Source: an uncultured Acidimicrobiaceae bacterium (GTDB lineage Bacteria; Actinomycetota; Acidimicrobiia; Acidimicrobiales; Bog-793). From it: 64,000 nucleotides of DNA. Position 1 is the first letter of the stretch, and each line of letters opens with the position of its first letter. Below are positions 8,621-17,097 of this stretch, in pieces. Under the pieces are notes generated by a model. That model ran no database searches. It was not told the DNA's origin and worked only from the letters and a program-made list of their open reading frames with translations. The DNA lies in NCBI GenBank assembly GCA_963836935.1, contig CAWILM010000033.1:13374-77373 (forward strand). The letters run 5' to 3'. Position numbers and translations under genes: made by a program.

Positions 8621-9988
8621 GTGAGCGATCCTCTCGCACCAGGTGGGGGTGACTTCCTCCGCAACATGCTCGGCGACCTCCTGCGACTCATCAGGACCGA
8701 AGGACCGCTGCAATGGGAGCTCGCCTTTCAACTAGCGGCGAGCGTGGCCGCCGGCGATGAGCCTGACCCCAACCCTGACCCGATCGCCCGCATCCGCCTC
8801 GAGGAGCTGAGCGCGATCGCCGAGCTACACGTGAGCGACGTCACCGGTATGGTCCTCGGGTCCGGCGGCTCGGACCTCAGGCTCGTTCCGACGACGCGCG
8901 TCGATTGGGCCCGGCGGAGCCTCGAGGCCTGGCGGCCGCTGCTCGACCGCCTCGCGGCAGCGTTGACGACCGCGGCCGGAGTCCTCCGGGCCCGGGTTCT
9001 GGCGCAAGGCTCGCCCGGGCCGCTCGGATTCGCCCGGAGCGGGGACGTCGAGCAACCTGCCGGCGGCGAGCCGCCCGCAGCGGGCGGGGACGACGACGAG
9101 CTGCCCCCGGATCCCTTCCTCGGGGACGAAGACCCCCTCAAAGGCGCGGACACCGCCGGCGGTGACGAGGAAGCGGAGGCGGATCTCACCGAGATGATCG
9201 GCCGATGGACCTCGGCGATGGCACCGGCGATGGCGGCGATGCAGGTGGGCTCGGTGGTGGGCCACCTCGCTCGTCGCTCCTTGGGGCAGTACGACTTGCC
9301 TTTGCCGCGCGCCTCCTCGAACGAGATCCTCGTCGTCCTCGGCAACCTGGGACGCGTGGCCGAGGAGTGGAGCCTCCCCGCCGACGACCTGAGATTGTGG
9401 CTGTGCGCGCACGAGATGGCCTTCCACGCGGTGCTCACCCGTCCCCACGTCGCAAAGCGGCTCGAAGATCTCGTCGTTGCTCACGTCCGGCTCGTCCGGC
9501 CCGATCCGCGTGACTTCGAAGGTCTGCTGCAGGGCATCGACCCCGGCTCCATCCCCGGCCTGTCCCAGATCATGGGTGACTCGAGCCTTGCCGGTGACGG
9601 CGACTACGGGCCGTCCCCCGAGCCTCGAGAAGGTCCGCGCCCAGCTCTCCTGTTTGACAGCCGCCATCGCCGGCTACGCCGAGTACGTCACGTCGGTCGT
9701 CGCCTCCCGACTCATCGGGGGCCATGCGCCCATCGGCGAGGCGATGCGGCGACGCCGGGTCGGCCGCGGTGAAGGCGAGCGCGTCGCGGAGTCCTTGTTC
9801 GGCCTGCATCTCGATCAAGAAGACGTCGATCGCGGGGCCGCCTTCGTGGCGGGCGTGCTCGAGCGATCCGGCGGAGCCTCGACCTGGCAAGACTGTGGGT
9901 CGACGAGAAGCACCTGCCGACGCCGGCGGAACTCGCAGCCCCCGGGCTCTGGCTCGCCCGGATAAACCTCGGGGCGGAGGGCGCCTAG
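8621..9988 (+). CDS. Zincin-like zinc-dependent metalloprotease (DUF2342 / Rv3195-like), two frameshifts (near 9620 and 9875)
   Basis: LQWELAFQLA, RVDWARRSL, LGQYDLPLP, RLWLCAHEMAFH, AIAGYAEYV, RRRRV, LFGLHL, RGAAFV and LPTPAELAAPGLWLARI across three frames. Confidence 0.82.
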
Positions 9989-9994
9989 CGCCGC

Positions 9995-10285
9995 TCAGGC
10001 GAGCCCGACCTCTTCTTCAGGCACGCCGAAGTCCCATTCCAAGATCAGGTTCTCGCGCTCGGCGTCCCGGACGATGCGCTCACGGTTCCTGCGGAATTGC
10101 GGGTCGTGCGGAGGCAGCAGCACGAGGCGCGCGAGGGCGTGCTGACGGAACTCCTCGATGACGGCCCGGTCACCGAATTCCGACTCCACCTCCCAATGGG
10201 GGGCGACCGGACCAAGGTAGACCATGCGAACATGCCCCCGCGGAGGCTCGGGCGACGGGTGTTCCTCCGGGTTGATCAAGCTCAT
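9995..10285 (-). CDS. Small hypothetical protein
   Basis: AAGGAG RBS before ATG (MSLINPEEHP...VYLGPVAPHWEV), with coding-like composition. Confidence 0.75.
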   Translation of the reverse strand: MSLINPEEHPSPEPPRGHVRMVYLGPVAPHWEVESEFGDRAVIEEFRQHALARLVLLPPHDPQFRRNRERIVRDAERENLILEWDFGVPEEEVGLA

Positions 10286-10360
10286 AGTCTCTCCTTGGCG
10301 GCCCGACCGGCCCACTGTACCGGGCGACAGCACGACGGGGCTCAGGCGAAGGCCCTCTCG

Positions 10361-11506
10361 TCAGTGCATGCCCGCGTGGGCGAGGATCTGGGCCACGATG
10401 GCCCGGATCTCGTCGATCGCGATCGCGAAACCGACGTTCTGTGCAGGGGCATTGCCTTGCGAACTCGTCGCGACAGCGGTATTCATCGCGACGACCAGTC
10501 CTGACGAGTTCACCAAGGGACCGCCCGAGTTGCCCGGGTTGATGGGGGCGTCCGTCTGGATCAAGCCGGTCAGGTTCTCCGTTGTGCCGTTGTCGGTGGT
10601 GGCGGTGAGCGAGCGGCTCAGGGCCGACACGATGCCCTCGGTCACCGTCGGGCCACCGGCGAGCGCGAGCGCATTGCCTATGGCAAGCACACCATCGCCT
10701 TGCTGGGCCGAGTTGGAGTCGCCGAACCGGACGGTTGGCAGCGAGTGCCCCGCCCCTTCGACCTGCACAAGAGCTATGTCCTTCACCGCATCGGTTCCGA
10801 TGATCCTGGCGGGGAACTGCTTGACCTGACCGTAGAGAGTCACCGTGACGGTCGCGGCCCCTTCGATGACGTGGTTGTTCGTGAGGACGACGCCGCTCGG
10901 CTCGATGATCATGCCGGTGCCGGCACCTTGCACGTACGAACCGAGGGCGCCGACGCCCCGGAAGCTGCTCGTGTCGATCGAGACGACGGCCGGGAGGACC
11001 GAGGCGAGGATCGACTGGACGTCGCCGACTCGGACGTTGTGGCTCTTTGTCGGGAAGTACTCCCTGACGATCGTCTGGGGGGACCGGCTGGCGAACACGG
11101 CCACGACGCTGCTGCCGACCACCGCGCCGATCAAGGCCGACACGAGCGCCACGCCGAACCATCCGGGAAGCGAGCGCGGGGGGCGTTTCGGCACCTTGTG
11201 CCGGGGTGGTTCGCGGTCGGCCCACTGGCCCGGCCCCGGCGTCTTGGCCTGGGCGGTCCCGGTCCAGGCGTTTGGTTCGTAGCCGACCGGCCCGTACTCC
11301 TGTTTCAGGTAGAGGCTCTCCCGGTCCTCGGCAAAGCCGGCCCCCGTCGGGTGTGTCTCGGCGTCGCCCGCCCGGGTGAAACTGCCCCTTTCGTGGGCGT
11401 CCCGGGGTGGCACGGTTTCGGACGCGCTTTCGAGCTCTCCCCAACTCAGCAGCTCGCGCAGCGGGTCGGTGCCGGCAATGTCGTCGCCACCTGGGCTTTG
11501 GGGCAC
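10361..11506 (-). CDS. Trypsin-like serine protease (S1C/HtrA family), no PDZ domain
   Basis: TM helix and an intact triad: LTNNHVI, DAVKDIAL, QTDAPINPGNSGGPL. The protein ends right after GFAIAID. Confidence 0.92.
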   Translation of the reverse strand: MPQSPGGDDIAGTDPLRELLSWGELESASETVPPRDAHERGSFTRAGDAETHPTGAGFAEDRESLYLKQEYGPVGYEPNAWTGTAQAKTPGPGQWADREPPRHKVPKRPPRSLPGWFGVALVSALIGAVVGSSVVAVFASRSPQTIVREYFPTKSHNVRVGDVQSILASVLPAVVSIDTSSFRGVGALGSYVQGAGTGMIIEPSGVVLTNNHVIEGAATVTVTLYGQVKQFPARIIGTDAVKDIALVQVEGAGHSLPTVRFGDSNSAQQGDGVLAIGNALALAGGPTVTEGIVSALSRSLTATTDNGTTENLTGLIQTDAPINPGNSGGPLVNSSGLVVAMNTAVATSSQGNAPAQNVGFAIAIDEIRAIVAQILAHAGMH

Positions 11507-11651
11507 CTTGACAATCTACCGGTCGCCTGGTGCGAACGTTTGGGCACTGTGCCCGGCAGCGCCGAAGGCCGTCTCGGCCAAAATCTTAGGATTTCCTGCG
11601 AATATGCTCACGGCCGTAGCGTCGGGCCTCCGGACAGGTCACAATGGTGAC

Positions 11652-11894
11652 GTGGACACTTCGTGGATGGGGCGGGGAAAGTGCCGGGAGATGCCTCCGG
11701 ACACCTTCTTCCCGAGTGACGGCGTGGGGGTCGAAGTGGCGCGACGAGTTTGCGCCGATTGCCCGGTAAAGGAGCCGTGCCTCGAGTACGCCATGGTCAA
11801 TCACATCGACCACGGCGTTTGGGGTGGGACTTCAGAGCGCGAGCGCAGGCGGATCGCCCGCCACCGCCGGCTCATAGCAGTTCGCTCTAGCTGA
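11652..11894 (+). CDS. whiB: WhiB family Fe-S transcriptional regulator
   Basis: W...C...FFP...CADC..KEPCLEYA...GVWGGTSERERR. Confidence 0.95.
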   Translation: MDTSWMGRGKCREMPPDTFFPSDGVGVEVARRVCADCPVKEPCLEYAMVNHIDHGVWGGTSERERRRIARHRRLIAVRSS

Positions 11895-12093
11895 GCCGAC
11901 GCGCGGTCGCTTCCGGGCCGCTGCAAGAGGAGAGTCACCGGCTTTCCACGCCCGAACGGCGCCCAGCAAAGGCACGCCACGCTTCGAAAGGTGCCGGATG
12001 CGGCACCCGGCAATCGTGGGCCGAAAGGTCCCGAGCGAGGAGAGCGCGATCAGACTTCGCCCCGACGGCCCAGTGCCGCTCTTGAGGGAAGAA

Positions 12094-12372
12094 TCAGGAA
12101 GCCGTATTTGCCGTCTGGGCAAGCACACGGGCCCGCCGGACTCTGCGACGCTCCCGTTCGCTCATGCCGCCCCAAATGCCGAACTTCTCGCTGTTGGCGA
12201 TCGCGAATTCAAGGCAGTCGAGGCGAACCACGCAGCCTCGGCAAACCTCCTTGGCCTCCCGTGTCGATGCGCCCCGCTCCGGGAAGAACAGTTCCGGATC
12301 GACGCCCATACAGTTAGCACGACCCTGCCAGGTCCTATCGAGGCCACCTTCGAGCAATGCTTGGAGTGCCAT
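12094..12372 (-). CDS. whiB: WhiB family regulator (WhiB/WhiB2-like)
   Basis: WQGRANCMGVDPELFFPERGASTREAKEVCRGC..RLDCLEFA...KFGIWGGMSERERR. Confidence 0.95.
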   Translation of the reverse strand: MALQALLEGGLDRTWQGRANCMGVDPELFFPERGASTREAKEVCRGCVVRLDCLEFAIANSEKFGIWGGMSERERRRVRRARVLAQTANTAS

Positions 12373-12427
12373 CTTGGGCGCCCCCTCCCCTAACAACTCG
12401 CAACCATGTAGTTACACGATGGTGATT

Positions 12428-12456
12428 ATCATGGACCTTGGCGCGATCGGATGCAA
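12428..12456 (-). promoter_or_regulatory. Putative housekeeping-sigma promoter of the whiB2-like gene
   Basis: Minus strand TTGCAT-N17-CATGAT (overlapping GATAAT) in an AT-enriched intergenic region. Confidence 0.4.
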
Positions 12457-12541
12457 GAGGGAGTTTCGCCTTGCCCGAGAACTGGGCAAAGCACGACTGG
12501 GGGCTTGTTCCACGCGCGGTCCCTCCAGCCTTGGAACTGTT

Positions 12542-14593
12542 TTACGCGCCCCGGGAGCGCCTCTGCGACAGGTGGCGGCGGTTCTCTATGAACTCGACGA
12601 GGACGTAGTCGCCGAGTGTTTCGGGCGTCGTGAAAAAGGCCCGGCCCCGGTTCAGTTGTGTGATCTTCTCGATGAAACTGCGCAGGTGGCCCGTCGCGTC
12701 AAGGGCGAAGGTGTTGATCCGGATCCCCTCTTGCGAACAGCGCAGGACCTCGAGCAATGTTGCCTCGACGGTGGCCCGGGCAGGCGGGTAGTTGAAGAAC
12801 ACTTCCCCGTCCGCCTGGGTGTGCGCTGTCGGCTCGCCATCGGTGATCATCACGATCTGGCGTGTGCCGTGGTGGCGCGCGAGCAACTGCCGGGCTATCA
12901 CGAGCGCGTGCTGCATGTTCGTGCCGTACACGTAGTCCCACGAAACAGTCGGCAGCTCGGAGGCGCGGATCTCGCGGGCCTGCTCCGAGAAACCCACGAT
13001 CCCTAGGTAGTCCCTGGGGAATTGGCCCGAGATGAGGGCCTGCAGGGCGAGCGCGACCTTCTTCGCGGCAAGGAAGTTGTCACGCAGCGGCATCGACAGG
13101 GATAGGTCGATGAGGAGCACGGACGCACACTGGCTCTGGTGCTCGGTTCGCTCCACCTCGAAGTCCGCGGGGCTCAGCCGGACCGGGAACCGCACCGCGG
13201 GCCCGTCGCCGGAATCCAGGTCGCCCTCCGCGACCTGACGGCGCAAGGCGTTGCGCAGCGTCCGCTCGATGTTCAGCTGGAACGGGTCACCGATCTCGTA
13301 GGGCTTAGTGTCCTCCGCGCGCTCGTGGCCCGTCCCGATCCTCGCCAGCCCGTGCCCACCGAGACGGTCCTTGGACAAATGCTTGAAGAGGTCCTTGAGT
13401 GCCCGCTGGCCGATCCTCCGCAGCCCTTTCGGCGTGAGCTCGAGCCTGCCCTCCCGTTGCTCGACGAGACCCGCCTCCTCGAGGCGACGGGACAGTTTCT
13501 GCAACTGTTCCAAAGAAGCGGCGGCCTGCGTGCCCAATAGGTCCTGTATCCGATCGAGATCGATCTCGGCGAGCGCGCCCGGCTGGGGCGAGCCCGACAG
13601 CATCTTCTCGAGCTGGTCGAGCTCGCCGAGGCGCTGGAACATGTCGGTTGTGTCCGCCAGCCCCATCGTCTGACCGCCGCTGAACGACGTCCGGCGGTCC
13701 CACTGCTCGGCCGGGAACGCCCCCCGCAGGTTCGCCGCCAGACGACTGACCTGCCAGGAAAGGTCCAGGTCGCTCAGGAGCTCGTCCATCAGCTCTTGCA
13801 ACTGCGCCCGTTCGCCGGGCGTCATCGACGCGAGCATCGCCGAGACGGCTGCCATCCGCCGGGCCAGCTGTTCCAAGAGCTCGTCGAGGTTCGCCGGGTC
13901 ACCCGGGAACAGGTCGCCGTAGCGCTCCCTGAACTCGGCGAAGCTCGGAGCGAGCGCTTCGCCCGCGGCGCGCTGCTCCATCATCGTGTTCAGGGCATCG
14001 AGGGCGTCGCGGAGACGCTCACGTTCGGAAGCGTCTGGCGTCGAGGCGGCACCGGCCACCCGGCCGAGATATGTCTTGACCGTCTCGGCCCGCAGGCGCT
14101 CCAAGAGCTCGTCAAAGCGCTCGCTCGCCTCGCTCGAGGTGAAGTCGTAGTTCATAAGGCCGCGCACCCGGCCGGCCAGGTCCGCGGGGAGCAGTCCCAA
14201 CTCGGCGCGGCGTTCGCCCACGACCTCGTCGGTGACCTGGCGCCGGCGTTCGTCTCCCGAGTCGCGCGCCGCCTGCTCCAAGTCCTCGAGCGCCCCTCGC
14301 TCCTGATCGAGGATCTCGTTCAGCTCGTCCGCTATCTCCTGATAGGCGCCAGCAGGATCATGCTGCGCACGTTCCTGGCGCCGGCTTTCCCGGATCCGCT
14401 CCAGGAGGTCCTGCAGGCCTTCGATGCGCCGGCCCCCCGAGTCCAAGAAGCCCTGTTGCATCATCCGCCGCAGCGCAAAGCCGACGTCACCATGGTAAAC
14501 GAGGTCATCGTGGATCTCGGACAAGATGGCATCCGCGTCAAGGTCGAACCCGGCCTGGGTGCCGTCCCATCTCGAGTACCGGTAGATCGCCAC
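12542..14593 (-). CDS. VWA-domain protein (partner of AAA+ ATPase, Rv0959-like)
   Basis: YRYSRWDGTQ N-terminus and MIDAS residues DLSLS, GTN, ITDGEPTAH. Confidence 0.9.
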   Translation of the reverse strand: MAIYRYSRWDGTQAGFDLDADAILSEIHDDLVYHGDVGFALRRMMQQGFLDSGGRRIEGLQDLLERIRESRRQERAQHDPAGAYQEIADELNEILDQERGALEDLEQAARDSGDERRRQVTDEVVGERRAELGLLPADLAGRVRGLMNYDFTSSEASERFDELLERLRAETVKTYLGRVAGAASTPDASERERLRDALDALNTMMEQRAAGEALAPSFAEFRERYGDLFPGDPANLDELLEQLARRMAAVSAMLASMTPGERAQLQELMDELLSDLDLSWQVSRLAANLRGAFPAEQWDRRTSFSGGQTMGLADTTDMFQRLGELDQLEKMLSGSPQPGALAEIDLDRIQDLLGTQAAASLEQLQKLSRRLEEAGLVEQREGRLELTPKGLRRIGQRALKDLFKHLSKDRLGGHGLARIGTGHERAEDTKPYEIGDPFQLNIERTLRNALRRQVAEGDLDSGDGPAVRFPVRLSPADFEVERTEHQSQCASVLLIDLSLSMPLRDNFLAAKKVALALQALISGQFPRDYLGIVGFSEQAREIRASELPTVSWDYVYGTNMQHALVIARQLLARHHGTRQIVMITDGEPTAHTQADGEVFFNYPPARATVEATLLEVLRCSQEGIRINTFALDATGHLRSFIEKITQLNRGRAFFTTPETLGDYVLVEFIENRRHLSQRRSRGA

Positions 14594-14603
14594 AGAGCCC
14601 TGC

Positions 14604-16088
14604 CTAACGCGCCCGGTAGGTCGCCCGCGGCCCTGCCGCGTCCTTGTTGAGCCGCTTGGAGAGATGCAGCCCGTCCAACACGAGCTCGATGGCACTGGCG
14701 ATCGCGGCCGGGCTCTCCGACTCGGCCGTCAGCACCCGCACCGGCGTGCGCAGGGCCGGCAACTGGCCGAGGACGCCGACGTAGTCCTGCGACGAGATGT
14801 CCGGACCGATGTGCACGACGTTGCCATCCTCGAAGGCGCCCACCACCTGGCCGAGGGTCTCGGGCGGGCAGTGCTCGCGGAAGGTCTGGAGGATGGCCGC
14901 CTTCATGAGCTTGTCGACGACCTCCTCGTCCTCGCCGTCCTCGAGCGACTCGATCTCGAGCTTGCCGAGGGTCGAGGACTGAAGGGCGCCGAGGTCGCTC
15001 ACGCGGGGAGAAGCCTCCTTCTCGCCGTGCCGGAGGGCACGACGTAGGGCGGCGGCCGCCAGCGTCTCCTGGTTCGTCACGCTGAGGCGCACGGACACGC
15101 CGGAATGCTGGCTCACCCTGGGGTTGCGACGCGCCAGCTGGCTCAAGCGGGCGACGATCTCGGACATGTACTCGGGGAACAGGAGACGGACGCTGCCCGC
15201 CTCGAAAGCGCGGGCCTCCTGGGACACGATCGTGAGCTCGGTCTCGAGGTCCTGGGGGTAGTGCGTCCTTATGCGGGCCCCGAAACGGTCCTTCAAGGGA
15301 GTGATGATCCTCCCCCGGTTCGTGTAGTCCTCGGGGTTCGCCGAGGCCACGAGCAGTATGTCGAGGGGCAGGCGCACCTTGTGGCCGCGGATCTGCACGT
15401 CACGTTCCTCCAGCACGTCGAGCAGGCCCACCTGTATGCGCTCGGCGAGATCGGGCAGCTCGTTGATCGCGAAGATCCCGCGGTTGGTGCGCGGCACGAG
15501 CCCGTAGTGCAGCGTGAGCTCGTCGGAGAGGTAGCGGCCCTCGGCCACCTTGATCGGGTCGACCTCGCCGATCAGGTCCGCCATGGACGTGTCCGGGGTG
15601 GCGAGCTTCTCGCCATAGCGATCGCTGCGGTGGACCCAGGCGACCGGCGTGTCGTCGCCGGCCTCTGCCACCAGGTCACGGGCCATCCGTGAGACCGGGC
15701 GGTAGGGGTCGTCGTTTATCTCCGAGCCCGCGACAACCGGCATCCACTCGTCCAAGAGGCCGACCAGCGCGCGGATCATCCGGCTCTTGGCCTGACCCCG
15801 CTCGCCCAGGAAGATCACGTCGTGGCCGGCTATGAGCGCATGCTCGAGCGCCGGCAGGACGCTGTCGTCATAGCCGAGCACGCCACTCACGACCGGCTTG
15901 CCCTCGGACACACGAACGAGCACGTTGCGGCGGATTTCCTCCTTGACGGGCGCCGAGCACCACCCGGAGGCGCGCAGCTCTCCGAGCGTCGAGGCCAGCG
16001 CCGCGAGGGCGGGAAGATGGGCGCCGGCTGCCGTCGCGTGGGCACGAGAGGCGGGTCTTGGCTCAGGAGGGCGTGGCATCTCGGACAT
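14604..16088 (-). CDS. Mg-chelatase/MoxR-like AAA+ ATPase (Rv0958-like)
   Basis: Walker A GERGQAKS, INELPDLAERIQ, ASANPEDYTNRGRIITPLKDRFG. Confidence 0.92.
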   Translation of the reverse strand: MSEMPRPPEPRPASRAHATAAGAHLPALAALASTLGELRASGWCSAPVKEEIRRNVLVRVSEGKPVVSGVLGYDDSVLPALEHALIAGHDVIFLGERGQAKSRMIRALVGLLDEWMPVVAGSEINDDPYRPVSRMARDLVAEAGDDTPVAWVHRSDRYGEKLATPDTSMADLIGEVDPIKVAEGRYLSDELTLHYGLVPRTNRGIFAINELPDLAERIQVGLLDVLEERDVQIRGHKVRLPLDILLVASANPEDYTNRGRIITPLKDRFGARIRTHYPQDLETELTIVSQEARAFEAGSVRLLFPEYMSEIVARLSQLARRNPRVSQHSGVSVRLSVTNQETLAAAALRRALRHGEKEASPRVSDLGALQSSTLGKLEIESLEDGEDEEVVDKLMKAAILQTFREHCPPETLGQVVGAFEDGNVVHIGPDISSQDYVGVLGQLPALRTPVRVLTAESESPAAIASAIELVLDGLHLSKRLNKDAAGPRATYRAR

Positions 16089-16218
16089 CCGGCGAGACTA
16101 CGGTCATCAACTCGCAGCACGTGCAACCCGGTGCAATGATGATCGCCGCGTCGCACGCAGGTTGTGAGGACATGTCCGACCTACGCTCGGGCGAGATCGA
16201 TCCCCACGGAGGCAACTG

Positions 16219-17097
16219 ATGAGCGTCATCGAGGAGGTGCCGGCGCCGGCACCTCGGGCACAGCCGATCCCTGTCCGCATCGGCGCGCAACGCGCCGGGC
16301 CCCCGCGGGCGGTCGTGCTCCGCAAGGATCCCTGGTGGGCACAGCCTTTGGTCACCGGGCTCGGCCTGTTGGCGTTCGTCGTCTACGCGACGTGGGCCGC
16401 TTTCCGCAACGGGCACTACTTCGTCGGCTTTGCCGAGGCGCGCAACTACCTCTCGCCGTTCTACTCGCCGTGCCTCGCCTCGAACTGCCCGCCGGCGGTG
16501 CGCTGGGGACCGGTCACGCCGGCGAACTCCGGTTTCTCACCCGCGCTCATCATCCTCGTCTTCCCGCTGGCCTTCCGCCTCACCTGCTACTACTACCGCA
16601 AGACCTACTACCGGGCCTTCTGGCTCTCGCCCCCGGCGTGCGCTGTCGCCGACGCCGGATCGACCTCGACCAAACCCAACGCTTTCCGCAAGCGCTACAC
16701 GGGCGAGACCCGCTTCCCGCTCGTGCTCCAGAACATCCACAGGTACACCTGGTACTTCACCTTCATCTTCGCCGTGCTCTTGACCTACGACGCCATCGAG
16801 GCCTTCCGCTTCCCCGGCGGCGTCGGCCTGGGGGTGGGCACGCTCATACTCGTCGCGAACTCGGTGTTCATCTGGGCCTATCAGCTCGGCTGTCATGCCT
16901 GCCGCCACCTGAGCGGCGGGAGCGTGAAGAAGTTCTCGGCCGCCCCGGTGAGGCGGTGGATCTGGACCAACCTCACGACACCGTTGAACAAGCACCACCA
17001 GCTGTTCGCCTGGCTGTCGCTGGGGACGATCGTGGTGTCGGACCTTTACATCTACCTGGTGTCATCCGGCGCCTTTAATGACCCGAGGATCTTCTGA
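16219..17097 (+). CDS. Succinate dehydrogenase/fumarate reductase membrane anchor (Rv0249c-type)
   Basis: SPFYSPC, FRLTCYYYRK.YYRAFW.SPPAC, QNIHRY, GCHACRH and TM helices. Directly upstream of sdhA. Confidence 0.9.
   Translation: MSVIEEVPAPAPRAQPIPVRIGAQRAGPPRAVVLRKDPWWAQPLVTGLGLLAFVVYATWAAFRNGHYFVGFAEARNYLSPFYSPCLASNCPPAVRWGPVTPANSGFSPALIILVFPLAFRLTCYYYRKTYYRAFWLSPPACAVADAGSTSTKPNAFRKRYTGETRFPLVLQNIHRYTWYFTFIFAVLLTYDAIEAFRFPGGVGLGVGTLILVANSVFIWAYQLGCHACRHLSGGSVKKFSAAPVRRWIWTNLTTPLNKHHQLFAWLSLGTIVVSDLYIYLVSSGAFNDPRIF

Noticed and set aside
11920-12050. Tandem glycine riboswitch suggested by two GGAGAG motifs
   Set aside because: It lacks the CCGAAG and CUCUCAGG elements and lies downstream of both flanking genes.
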